DNA of 64,000 bases from positions 1-64,000 of IMG/VR virus record IMGVR_UViG_2690315929_000005, one strand, 5' to 3'. This DNA comes from an uncultured virus (IMG/VR IMGVR_UViG_2690315929_000005) (taxonomy: Duplodnaviria; Heunggongvirae; Uroviricota; Caudoviricetes). A program made the translations under genes and the position numbers. The notes under the pieces were generated by a model. The model was not told the DNA's origin, did not search any database, and worked only from the letters and a program-made list of their open reading frames with translations. This document shows positions 39,672 through 49,588 of this stretch, piece by piece (position 1 is the first letter of the stretch; each line of letters starts with the position of its first letter).

Positions 39672-42126
39672 AATTCAGCGTGTCGCTGGAGTGCCGAAAG
39701 AGAGAGTCGAGATAAAAGCCGGCTCTCTTTTTTTTGATTGGTTAAAAGAGCAAAACTTTCATCATGACGTTGATATCTATGTTAACGGCGTAAAGCTTAA
39801 CGACGATGATCGCCTTGATTTTATTGTTAGTGAATTTCATCACATTCAAATATTCGACCAACCGAAGGGGATTATTGGCGACATTCTTAATCCAGTATTT
39901 AAGTTTGTTTCTAAGATATTTTCATTCTTAGCGCCCAAAGCACCATCATTTAGCGCCGCTGATGTGAATGCAAAGGAAAGTCCTAACAACCGATTAACAG
40001 GCCAAACTAATATAGCAAGAACATACCAGGCTAGACCTGAAATTCACGGACAAGTTAGAGCCTTTCCCGATCTCATTCAGCAATCAATGTTTGAATACAT
40101 CGACAATAAAAAGATGGTTACCGAGTGGATGAACTTCGGCATCGGTTACTACACGATTGAGAATGTGAAATATTCAGAGTCTGAACTAATTGCCCTTGAT
40201 GGTGCCAGTTATCAGATATTCCAACCTGGTGAAGTGATTCCACAGATATTCGAGGGTTTTGAGTTCCCTGATGTTGACGGGCAAGAAATACCGGGTCCGA
40301 ATGAAAGTGACGAAATACCACAATATCAAGCTACTGCTAATAATGTTATTTCTGGTGAAATTAAAGGTGGTGAGGCGGCCATAAAGATAGAGAAGCAAGA
40401 TGAGTTTCGATACTTCATGGATATCGTAAAACCTAGATCAGTAAGCCTTGTTGTTAATGTGACTTATGATACTCCACAGGGTTCGGTTACAAAGGATATT
40501 AAGGTTGATGCCTATTTATCCGATGCGAAAGAGAGTGATGATGGAGCTATTATCTCACCAAAATATTACTACGAATTCTTTTTCACCAATTTAACTGGTG
40601 GTGACTTAGCAACTCTTCCACCTAATGCAATTGTTAACACGTCAAAGTTTATTCTCTATGACAACCAATTCCTGACAGTAGGGCCTTTCTTCTCTCCACT
40701 TGATGGTGGTGAGTTATGGGTGCATTTAAACGCCCAGCTTGGTGATGGTGATTGGGCTAGCGCAAGAATTGAATTCTGGAAGATTGATGATAATAACAAT
40801 GAGATATCAGGAACAAGGGAGGCGTTTGATAGAGGATTTCCATCCGCACCAAAGACAAAAACATACTATCTAACGGAAAAGTTCAAGCCGTTGGCTGGAT
40901 ATGGAAGATATGCGCTTCAATTAACTCGATTAGAAAACAGTAATGATCACAGCATTCTTAAGCTAGAGGAAGTCTTTATTGTTAGAGAGAGAATTAACGA
41001 AGTACATGAAGAAGATACACTTGTTAAGGTAACAGTGAGGGCAACTGAGGCACCAACGGGAACAAGAGAGCGTAAATACAACGCACTGGCTACACGTCAT
41101 GTTATTAGTTACGACATGAATAGCCGTAGCGTTGATTATACATTAAGACCGTCACGATCATTTGCTGATGCGATCGCTCACACTTGGCTAGTTACCGCAG
41201 GACAGCCAGAAAGCACCATAGATTTATATGGTTTGTATTCAATCTATGAATCACTTCCAGATAAGCGCTTAGGATATTTTGATTACACGTTTGATGATGA
41301 AGATGTATCGCTGGGTCAGCGTATAGAAACAATATGCAACGTTGCTCGTGTTATTTCATTTTGGGATAACGGCGTGCTTACATTTACTCGTGAGGAGGAA
41401 AAGAAATATCCATCTGGTACATTTAACAAGTCTAACACGACAGGAAATGGATTCTCGCTGTCTTATGATATGACAATGCCGAGTGGTAATGATGGTGTTG
41501 AAATCGAATACGTAAACCCTAAAACCAACAAAAAGACCTACCTTAAATATCGTATTGAAAATAACAAAATAGTTAACAAGCCAGCCAAGAACCCTAACAA
41601 AATAACCATTCACGGTTGTCGTAATGAGTATCAGGCGACAGATAGGGCACTATTAGAAATGGATAGGTTAATACATCAGCGTATGAGTATCAGTGTGCAA
41701 ACTCTCGCAGATGGTGATTATGTTTATCCAGGTGACTTAATTATTGTTGCTGACACATACGATAAGAATCAACAGGCGGGTTATATAGTTGAGAGGATAG
41801 GCAACCAGTTTTCAACAAATGAAAAAGTTGTCTTTGATGGTGAGATGTTTGTTTGTATCACTGATCACCTAGGTAATACAACAGAAAGATTTAAAGCTAT
41901 ACCGAGAAGCGATACAGCTTACGGATTTATCGCTGATATACCTAACATCCAACTAAATATCTATGACGGTATGAATGTTCAATCTCCGTCACGTTACGTT
42001 ATATCCAATATCGTTGAAATGGACTCGATGAGGTGGATTGTAACCGACAAAAAGCCTAATGCGGACGGAACTTATAGCATTACAGCAAGTGAGTATTTTT
42101 CTGCAAAGAAAGATTACAACGTTTAA
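39658..42126 (+). CDS. Tail tip/host-specificity protein (J-like)
   Basis: SPNN.L.GQTN.AR...P.I.G; 822 aa; synteny. Confidence 0.85.
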   Translation: MPIIEIQRVAGVPKERVEIKAGSLFFDWLKEQNFHHDVDIYVNGVKLNDDDRLDFIVSEFHHIQIFDQPKGIIGDILNPVFKFVSKIFSFLAPKAPSFSAADVNAKESPNNRLTGQTNIARTYQARPEIHGQVRAFPDLIQQSMFEYIDNKKMVTEWMNFGIGYYTIENVKYSESELIALDGASYQIFQPGEVIPQIFEGFEFPDVDGQEIPGPNESDEIPQYQATANNVISGEIKGGEAAIKIEKQDEFRYFMDIVKPRSVSLVVNVTYDTPQGSVTKDIKVDAYLSDAKESDDGAIISPKYYYEFFFTNLTGGDLATLPPNAIVNTSKFILYDNQFLTVGPFFSPLDGGELWVHLNAQLGDGDWASARIEFWKIDDNNNEISGTREAFDRGFPSAPKTKTYYLTEKFKPLAGYGRYALQLTRLENSNDHSILKLEEVFIVRERINEVHEEDTLVKVTVRATEAPTGTRERKYNALATRHVISYDMNSRSVDYTLRPSRSFADAIAHTWLVTAGQPESTIDLYGLYSIYESLPDKRLGYFDYTFDDEDVSLGQRIETICNVARVISFWDNGVLTFTREEEKKYPSGTFNKSNTTGNGFSLSYDMTMPSGNDGVEIEYVNPKTNKKTYLKYRIENNKIVNKPAKNPNKITIHGCRNEYQATDRALLEMDRLIHQRMSISVQTLADGDYVYPGDLIIVADTYDKNQQAGYIVERIGNQFSTNEKVVFDGEMFVCITDHLGNTTERFKAIPRSDTAYGFIADIPNIQLNIYDGMNVQSPSRYVISNIVEMDSMRWIVTDKKPNADGTYSITASEYFSAKKDYNV

Positions 42127-42183
42127 TTAAATTCATTTCAACCATAGCCAGCCTAAGTGCTGGCTTTTTTATTGGGAAATATT

Positions 42184-43392
42184 ATGTCTACAATTCCAAC
42201 GCAAAACCCAGTTCCAAGTGAAGCAGCGAAAGACCTGAAATTTAACTCAGGTAAAATTGACGAGTTCGTTACGTCAATGAAAAATAAATATATCGATAGA
42301 TTTGGGCAAGAGCATTTTACAATCGAAGGGTTGCGATGGGTTGCTCAACAAGCAATATCTCAATTCGGCTATATCACATTAGACTCATTCCAAAAAGGTG
42401 CAGAAATAACACTACCTAATCAAGTTTTGCGTGATGAAGTAACGGGGGAGTATTACCGTTGGGATGGTGAACTTCCAAAGTCTGTTCCTGTTAATTCAAC
42501 TCCTGACAGTTCTGGTGGCGTTGGAGTTGGTTCATGGTTGAGTATTGGCGATGCGACACTAAGAGGTGCTCTATCACAGGCTGAAGGTTACAAATTAATT
42601 GGTGGCTTATTCAACTTGATAAACCCATATGATCTAACCATAGAGAATATAAACAAAACGCCACTTGATAGCGCTATAGAATTAAGAAATAAATCTAAGA
42701 AGATATTAAGGTTTGCTACAAATAACTTATGGACGCATTATTCAACAGAAACATGGTTTAATGGAGATTTAACTTCTCCAAGAAAAACCATGTTATTAAA
42801 GAAGTTATGGTTAATGGTCAGCGCTGATGTATGGGGTTTTCAAGAGGTATTCACAAGCCCAATCAAAGATATTTCAATGTTTCTAATTCCTCCTTATAAC
42901 AACGCTTTTTTCACAGAGACCATATCACCCATAAAAAACTTGGGGTTTAGTTATGGGGTTGGTTGTATGACGCGTCTTAACTGCACTCACTCAGGTGGTG
43001 TTTACTTATCTCCACCATCTGATTTAGATAGTGAGGTTAGAGGGTTTAATGTGCTTTTTTTGGATAATGATATTTTATTTATAAACACTCACTTAAGCAC
43101 AGACCCATCTCGTAGTAAACAGATGATTATTGAACTTGCTGATCTGGTCACTAGTCTTTCAAAAAATAAGGTTGTTATCGTTGGTGATTTTAATACAAGA
43201 AATATTGATGATTTCAAGCCACTAGAAAACATAGGTTTTGAGATAGTTAATAAAGATACATGGTTAGATATAGATAAAATATTAATTAGGAATCTAAATA
43301 TTGTTAATACTGGCATGGTAGATATTATTGGTAGTAGCGCATGGAATCACCTATCAGACCATAATTTATATTTTGTAGACGTGGAGGTTTAG
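42184..43392 (+). CDS. Tail appendage: virion-attachment N-terminus fused to an EEP (endonuclease/exonuclease/phosphatase) domain
   Basis: PTQNPVPS..KDLKFN.GKIDEFVT, YYRWDG.LPK; then ATNN, GFQE, NTHL, GDFN, IDKI, SDH. Confidence 0.8.
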   Translation: MSTIPTQNPVPSEAAKDLKFNSGKIDEFVTSMKNKYIDRFGQEHFTIEGLRWVAQQAISQFGYITLDSFQKGAEITLPNQVLRDEVTGEYYRWDGELPKSVPVNSTPDSSGGVGVGSWLSIGDATLRGALSQAEGYKLIGGLFNLINPYDLTIENINKTPLDSAIELRNKSKKILRFATNNLWTHYSTETWFNGDLTSPRKTMLLKKLWLMVSADVWGFQEVFTSPIKDISMFLIPPYNNAFFTETISPIKNLGFSYGVGCMTRLNCTHSGGVYLSPPSDLDSEVRGFNVLFLDNDILFINTHLSTDPSRSKQMIIELADLVTSLSKNKVVIVGDFNTRNIDDFKPLENIGFEIVNKDTWLDIDKILIRNLNIVNTGMVDIIGSSAWNHLSDHNLYFVDVEV

Positions 43393-43393
43393 T

Positions 43394-44047
43394 GTGAATA
43401 ACTTAATAGGGATTGATTTGACTACACCTGAAGGTGAATCGCTATTTTTAACATTGGATATGATTCTTCTTTCATTAAAACATGGAAGTAAGCTAAAGAT
43501 TCCATGCTATACATCTTTAGCTGAGCTAGGGGTTGATGATGATGTAAAAATAGAAGATTTAATGAATGGACTTCCTTTAAATAGTTATCTACAAATGGAG
43601 GTCGAAAGAAAACACATAGGAATAGGTGTGAAAATATTTGCGAATCTTAGTAATATAGTCCCAGCGGTATTAACAATAGTAAAAACTAAAAATAGAATAT
43701 TTTCTATTCTAAAATCAGAAAATTTTGAAATTCATAGATATATATACGGAACATCAAAAAATGATACTGGGTGGTTTGGTTTATTAAATCAAAGAGGACG
43801 GTTATATGTTGGTGCTGGTGATGTATCATCTATTAATGATTTTATTTTCTCAGGTAACTATTATATTCCTAGAAATGTTTCTGTAACAATAGATGGGTTT
43901 CCGTCTGATTGGGATTGTTTTCTTAAAATAGAGAGTTTTTCAAGCACGCATAAAATATATACTATAGAAAACTTAACAAAAAATTTTGAATGTTGGAAAA
44001 AGATAATTTCACCAACGATACAATCAGAGTGGGTGAAAATAAGATAA
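43394..44047 (+). CDS. Hypothetical protein, possibly tail-fibre associated
   Basis: AT-rich ORF coupled to the tail appendage gene. Confidence 0.6.
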   Translation: MNNLIGIDLTTPEGESLFLTLDMILLSLKHGSKLKIPCYTSLAELGVDDDVKIEDLMNGLPLNSYLQMEVERKHIGIGVKIFANLSNIVPAVLTIVKTKNRIFSILKSENFEIHRYIYGTSKNDTGWFGLLNQRGRLYVGAGDVSSINDFIFSGNYYIPRNVSVTIDGFPSDWDCFLKIESFSSTHKIYTIENLTKNFECWKKIISPTIQSEWVKIR

Positions 44048-44082
44048 TTAATGCAGCCTATACTTATATAGGCTGCGATATG

Positions 44083-45906
44083 TTATTTTATTATTTTAGA
44101 TATATTACTTCCTACAAAATCAGCACCATATATAGATAAATGATTATTATCAGAATATAACGGATTCCCTTTGTCATCAGAAACTCTACATTCATTCTCA
44201 TTACACAAATAGTCGTTAGGATCTACGAAAATAATATTGTCGTTATTATCCAATGATCTAATTATATCACTGGATGGAACGTCTCTTTTCTCAACATGAT
44301 CTAAACAATTAAAAGTAAATATATTTATAGAATTTCTTGCTTTACATTCAAAAAATGAATATCCCATAGAGCCATTACTAGAACCTATGATAATAAATTT
44401 ATTTTTATAACTTGAAGTAAGTTTTTTTAATTCATCTTTAATCACTTTACTTGATGGTAATTCGCTATTGTCATTTAAGTTTTTTAGCGTATATGAGTCC
44501 CAATTCTGACTATAAATAACTAAAGCGTCAGGGTTATCTTTTATAGCAGTTATCATATTATTATATCTATCTCTACACGCTTTTTGGTGACTCTCATTGC
44601 CTTTCACACTTTGATATTTTTCACTAGAAAAACACCCATCAACAAATGTATATATCATATTATAATTGTTTTTTTTGAAAAAGTTAGCGTACTGCCTAGC
44701 GAAGCTATCTCCCACTAAAATTATTTTAATATCTTTATTATTTTTAATAACATACCTTATCTTTCCATCTGATTCTATTCCAGAGCCACCAAAGTAATTT
44801 TCATGGAATTCTTTATTTGTTATCTTATATTTTTCTTCTACCCTTGAGTCGACTCCATTGATTGAAATGAAATAAGACCCACAAAGTGATATCAACCATA
44901 TTAAAAACATCCCATAGCTATAATTTCTCTTTTTCTCTATAAAATTATATATAATGAATGCAAGTAATATAGTGGAAATAAAGTAAGTAAAAATAGAAAT
45001 ATCTATATTTATTTTCTTAAAGAAAACAATAAAAGGCCAATGAATAAGATAAATTGAATAAGACCAAAGCCCTATCTTTTGGAATACATAATTAGATAAA
45101 AGAGTTTTCTTGTTATTAGAAATGATACAAAGATATGCACCAAAAACAGGTATTAAAGCATTATAACTAGGCCAGCTATCAGTATCTGAAAAAATAAAAA
45201 ATGATGTAATAATTAAAACTAACCCTATAGACTCAATTATTCTTTTTTTATTTTCTGTTGTTGATAATGGAAATAGGAATGCAATACCACCCAAAAGCAT
45301 TTCCCACCCTCTAGTGTAAATCATGAAGTAAGAAAGAGTTTTATTTATGGATGAGAAATAAATACAAAAGGAAAGGCTTATGATAGCAGATATTACAACA
45401 ACTTTTTTCAGCGTATTTATTGATAATAACTTTGATAATATAAGCAATATTATTGGATATATTATATAGAATTGCCACTCTACCGATAATGACCATGTGT
45501 GTAAAAATAGTTTACTAAATGAATCAGCATCAAAATACCCGGCTTCATTAGCATAAGTAATATTAGATATGAAAAGTAAACTAGAAAATCCGTGTTTACC
45601 GGCTAGTTGGTATGTTAGTGGTTCAAAAAATAGATAACCAAGCGCCAATACAATTGATATGACTGTTACTAATGCTGGAACTATACGCCTAGCTCTTGCT
45701 TTTAAGAAATTCCAGAGAGAGAAATTATTATTTTCTAATCCCCTAAATATAATTGATGTCATTAGAAAACCGGATATGACAAAAAATACATCAACACCAG
45801 CAAAACCACCAGGTACCAACCCTTGATTAAAATGGAATAACATAACGGATAAGACAGCAATAGCTCTTAATCCATTAATATCAGCTCTAAACTTTTTACT
45901 TTGCAT
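44083..45906 (-). CDS. O-antigen acetyltransferase (AT3 plus SGNH, OafA-like)
   Basis: RADINGLRAIAV, GVDVFFVISGFL, HTWSLSVEWQFY, GDS, D.NHLS. Confidence 0.92.
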   Translation of the reverse strand: MQSKKFRADINGLRAIAVLSVMLFHFNQGLVPGGFAGVDVFFVISGFLMTSIIFRGLENNNFSLWNFLKARARRIVPALVTVISIVLALGYLFFEPLTYQLAGKHGFSSLLFISNITYANEAGYFDADSFSKLFLHTWSLSVEWQFYIIYPIILLILSKLLSINTLKKVVVISAIISLSFCIYFSSINKTLSYFMIYTRGWEMLLGGIAFLFPLSTTENKKRIIESIGLVLIITSFFIFSDTDSWPSYNALIPVFGAYLCIISNNKKTLLSNYVFQKIGLWSYSIYLIHWPFIVFFKKINIDISIFTYFISTILLAFIIYNFIEKKRNYSYGMFLIWLISLCGSYFISINGVDSRVEEKYKITNKEFHENYFGGSGIESDGKIRYVIKNNKDIKIILVGDSFARQYANFFKKNNYNMIYTFVDGCFSSEKYQSVKGNESHQKACRDRYNNMITAIKDNPDALVIYSQNWDSYTLKNLNDNSELPSSKVIKDELKKLTSSYKNKFIIIGSSNGSMGYSFFECKARNSINIFTFNCLDHVEKRDVPSSDIIRSLDNNDNIIFVDPNDYLCNENECRVSDDKGNPLYSDNNHLSIYGADFVGSNISKIIK

Positions 45907-45976
45907 GTTTTATTTACTTTGTGATCTATTAATAAACTTTCAGAATGATATCACTCAATTAGGTGGAGATCACCAA

Positions 45977-46207
45977 TCACTCACTCTTCAAATACTGCAC
46001 CGAATTCCCATCTGGCAACTTCTTACTTCTCTCACGATAAAACGCTAGTCGTTCATTAAAATACTCGCGCAAATATGCTGGTTGTTGTCGTTCAACTTCT
46101 GAGGCGACAACTGGCATATTGAGGCGTTCTTTATATGCGACACCACTTGCGGCCAAATCGACATTAATCTTGTCTTTTTCTTCTTGAGTTAAGTTTGCGA
46201 GATTCAT
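45977..46207 (-). CDS. holE: DNA polymerase III theta homolog (Hot/HolE)
   Basis: [22 protein letters not shown]...EREQP-like...F.ERL..YR. Confidence 0.9.
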   Translation of the reverse strand: MNLANLTQEEKDKINVDLAASGVAYKERLNMPVVASEVERQQPAYLREYFNERLAFYRERSKKLPDGNSVQYLKSE

Positions 46208-46254
46208 AACAGATCCGGTTAGTTTTTGGAGAGTATAGCAGGGTGGGAGAATTG

Positions 46255-46330
46255 ATGGGACGAATTTGGGACAAGCAACATGAAGCAGCATAAGGCAACT
46301 TCAAGTAACTTTAGGTAAGGTGGGACGTGT
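46255..46330. promoter_or_regulatory. Probable integrase arm-binding sites of the prophage attR
   Basis: TGGGACGAATTTGGGAC and GTGGGACG match TGGGACGTATTTGGGAC at 29-45 within the int 3' end. Confidence 0.6.
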
Positions 46331-46381
46331 GAACGCTTGGTGAGACTGTATTTAGTTGATATTAAAGCATAATTCTACGCT

Positions 46382-46426
46382 CTTCTAAGCCGTAGGTCAC
46401 AGGTTCGAATCCTGTAGGGCGTACCA
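46382..46426 (+). other. 3' fragment of tRNA-Arg(UCU): prophage attR core and probable satellite attL
   Basis: CTTCTAA anticodon loop, T arm GGTTCGAATCC and CCA end; the 5' half with the D arm is absent. Confidence 0.88.
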
Positions 46427-46591
46427 TTCTCAAGTATTTTAACGTCTACAACAGTCCATAAAATCCTTATAAAATCAGCTATTACAAGAATTCCTAGTAT
46501 TTCAAGGTCTAGTTACGTCTATTGAAATCTACATATATGTGGGGGCATAATTGGGGGCATTATCCCGTTCAATGAAAATTGGTGCCCCCAG

Positions 46592-47803
46592 ATGAAGCTA
46601 ACAGCCAGACAAGTAGAGACTTCCAAGCCAAAAGAGAAAGCTTATAAACTTTCTGACGGAGGGGGCATGTATTTAGAAGTTGCTCCGAATGGTTCTAAGT
46701 ATTGGCGTATGAAATATAGATATGCTGGTAAAGAGAAAAGGCTGGCTTTAGGTGTATACCCATCAATATCACTCGCACAAGCTAGGGCGAAGAGAGAAGA
46801 AGCCAAGCGCATATTAGCGTTAGGTGATGATCCATCTTTAGTGAAGAAAGCAGAAAAGAGAGAGAAAGAATCTCAAGTAAATAATAGCTTTGAAAAAATT
46901 ACGCTTGAATGGCATGACTATAAAAAGCCGAATTGGTCAAAAGGTTATGCGGATGATTTACTAGAAGCCTTCCAGAAAGATATCTTTCCTTATATTGGTA
47001 AAGTTAGCATTACAGAAATTAAACCGTTAGATATGTTAGAAGTGCTTCGGAAGTTAGAAAAACGCGGTGTGTTGGATAAGCTTAAAAAGATAAGGCAGGC
47101 ATGTAACCAAGTATTCCGCTATGCAATTGTGACAGGACGGGCTGAGTATAATCCCGCATCAGAATTAGCCGGCGCACTGTCTACTCCAAAAGCTAAGCAT
47201 TTTCCTCACTTAAATGTGAATGAGTTACCTGAGTTTTTACAGGCACTATCTGTATGTAGTGGAAGTAAGATCACTCAGATTGCGACAAAGCTATTAATGA
47301 TAACAGGCGTTCGTACTATTGAGCTTAGAGCTGCTGAATGGTCAGAAATTGATTTTGATAAAGCTATTTGGGAAATTCCAAAAGAACGTATGAAAATGCG
47401 TCGCCCTCACATGGTGCCATTATCTACACAGGCCTTAGAATTATTCAAAGAAATACAAACCATAACAGGAAAGTTTAAGTATATCTTTCATGGTAGGAAT
47501 GATGCTTCTAAACCAATGAGTGAAGCGGCCATAAATCAGGTTATCAAGCGTATTGGTTATGATGGTAGAGCCACAGGTCACGGATTCAGACATACAATGA
47601 GCACCATCCTGCACGAACAAGGCTATAACACTGCATGGATTGAGACTCAACTTGCACACGTTGATAAAAACTCTATTCGTGGAACGTATAACCATGCTCA
47701 GTATATTGATGGCCGTAGAGAAATGCTTCAATGGTACGCTGATTATATGGATACTTTAGAGAGCGGGGATAATGTTGTCCACGGTAACTTTAAACGTGCT
47801 TAA
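46592..47803 (+). CDS. int: P4-family tyrosine integrase
   Basis: KLSDGGGMYL.V...GSKYWR.KYR, HGFRHTMST.L, QLAH, YNHA; GGGGGCAT arm-type repeats at 46541-46560. Confidence 0.96.
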   Translation: MKLTARQVETSKPKEKAYKLSDGGGMYLEVAPNGSKYWRMKYRYAGKEKRLALGVYPSISLAQARAKREEAKRILALGDDPSLVKKAEKREKESQVNNSFEKITLEWHDYKKPNWSKGYADDLLEAFQKDIFPYIGKVSITEIKPLDMLEVLRKLEKRGVLDKLKKIRQACNQVFRYAIVTGRAEYNPASELAGALSTPKAKHFPHLNVNELPEFLQALSVCSGSKITQIATKLLMITGVRTIELRAAEWSEIDFDKAIWEIPKERMKMRRPHMVPLSTQALELFKEIQTITGKFKYIFHGRNDASKPMSEAAINQVIKRIGYDGRATGHGFRHTMSTILHEQGYNTAWIETQLAHVDKNSIRGTYNHAQYIDGRREMLQWYADYMDTLESGDNVVHGNFKRA

Positions 47804-48077
47804 CCCACCAGCAGACACATACAGAACCAGACAATAAAAGGTCTGGTTTTTTTGTACCGAGAAAGGGCATTAATAATATTTAATCATTAAATGTATGATG
47901 TGGCTGAATTCTAACTAAGATGAGAAAAATCTTAATATACGCTTAAGAGTACACCCTAGTAGACGACAATAGACTATGCGAAGATGTGATAAATAAAACT
48001 GTTCGTTTCTTAAGCTTGACTGTTCATTATTACAGTATAATATACCTAGTAGTACCGCAGTAGATCATTGTGGACTT

Positions 48078-48830
48078 CGCTCTTTAACACCTCTGCGCTG
48101 AAAAACGCGATATGTTCTTTAACAACGATGATGGCGAGCTGTGTGTTAGTCATCAGAACGGTGGCGCTGATAAAGCGACCAATGCTCTTTTACAAATTCG
48201 GGTATGCCCAGAGTAAATTCTCAGGGACAATCTGTCACGGTGGCGCTCTTGAAGCGCTGATATATGAATTTTTATCTGATTAGTAGCAGAACCAGCTTGT
48301 AACAAATAAGGAACGCTCAGAGCAATTTCTCCGAGCATATAAGTTTTATTGATAATCTTTATATTAGATTATCAGCTCTTTAAAATATGGATTCCCCCTT
48401 GGGTTGTCTTGAGGGGGCTAATGATAACCTCATTAGCATGTTGATGACTTCTCAACATAAATAATATTTGTAGCAAAATATGTACTGATAGCTACTTGTT
48501 CTTTAAAAACTGACCTGCGCTCCTTGCAAATGGGAGCTTTTAGTAAACAACTTAATGATTTTGTTCTGTTTACTAAATATATGTAGTTCAGGTCGTTAAT
48601 GGCAATCAGCTAAATTGAATAATATAATTGTAACTATTCAAATTAGTAAATTGTTCTTTGAAATTTAAGTCTCCGCCTTTGTGGAGTGTAGTTCTGTTCT
48701 TTAAAACTTATTTCGCTCCTGCATCAGGAGCAAAGCTCATATCTATATCAATGGAAATATTATCTTATCAAATATTCATTAATTATAGTTATGTTCTTTT
48801 CAAGGCTCTATGCACAGGCAGTGAGCACAA
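48078..48830 (+). repeat. Array of about 8 boxA+hairpin (nut-like) units in the non-coding leader of the alpA operon
   Basis: boxA-like sites at 48078, 48113, 48183, 48374, 48497, 48652, 48695 and 48792, each followed by a different stem-loop. Confidence 0.7.
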
Positions 48831-48983
48831 ATCAGTTTATTATTGAGATTGTTTTATTTTAAACAACAAGCCCCCACTCAAAAAACACCTTAAAATATAA
48901 ACCATAATATGCGTTATTAACCTTATACATTTATGTATAGGGTTTTTTCGCATGTCTTTTCATATCACATTAAGGAAAATACT

Positions 48984-49181
48984 ATGAATAATCTGATTAG
49001 GCTTTCAGAGGTTTTGCGACGCACAGGTTACAGCAAAGCTTGGATTTATAGACTAATTAAAGAAAATGACTTTCCTAAACAAGTCAAAATAGGAGCTCGT
49101 TCTATTGCTTTTGTTGAATCAGAAGTAGATGAATGGATTGCTAATAAGATTGCTGAATCACGTTCTGGTGAGGTGGCATAA
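48984..49181 (+). CDS. alpA: AlpA-family regulator/excisionase
   Basis: LIRLSEVLRRTGYSKAWIYRLI....FPKQVKIG.RSIAFVESEVDEWI. Confidence 0.93.
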   Translation: MNNLIRLSEVLRRTGYSKAWIYRLIKENDFPKQVKIGARSIAFVESEVDEWIANKIAESRSGEVA

Positions 49182-49576
49182 TGAAAAAGAAAAACCACCC
49201 ATCACAGGTGGCTTCTCAGAATAACGTAGCGTCGTCTATTCTATCAAAGAACCCACCTAAAAAACACCGTGCCCGTTTATATATGTTAGGTACTGGCATT
49301 AATGGCTTTACCGAGAATGAAATATTAATTCATTGCCGTTTATCGTCAGGCCGTAATTACCCAAATGAATTAGAGCGTTTATTGAATATCGAACTAGAAC
49401 GCATTGATGAGCCTAATCCTGATGGTATCGGATCACATTATCGTTACCGCTTTAAAACGGCTCAAGATGTGCAGAAGGTTATTAACTTAATAAATAAACG
49501 TGCTGAACAAGGTAATTACCAACCCATAGATAACGCACTCATAAATAATATTTTAAGCCTGTACCCGACAAAATAA
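49181..49576 (+). CDS. Hypothetical satellite protein
   Basis: Coupled to alpA. Confidence 0.7.
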   Translation: MKKKNHPSQVASQNNVASSILSKNPPKKHRARLYMLGTGINGFTENEILIHCRLSSGRNYPNELERLLNIELERIDEPNPDGIGSHYRYRFKTAQDVQKVINLINKRAEQGNYQPIDNALINNILSLYPTK

Positions 49577-49588
49577 CGGAATAAAAAA

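Larger units (their letters stand above)
1..46426. mobile_element. Lambdoid siphovirus prophage integrated at tRNA-Arg(UCU); attL lies just left of the window
   Basis: Canonical lambdoid gene order int-xis-recombination-N-cI-cro-cII-O-P-nin-Q-lysis-head-tail, ending at a 3' tRNA-Arg fragment. Confidence 0.95.

Noticed and set aside
35590..41613. Antisense ORFs within the tape measure and tail tip genes
   Set aside because: Codon-bias shadows of long + strand genes with no independent signals.
46375..46426. Intact tRNA-Arg gene
   Set aside because: Only the anticodon loop to CCA is present, with no acceptor 5' strand or D arm, so it is an att duplication.
48060..48850. CRISPR array, or the short ORFs 48068-48283, 48153-48338 and 48658-48846
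   Set aside because: Repeats are only ~12 nt, degenerate and irregularly spaced with no cas genes; the ORFs lack recognisable motifs.
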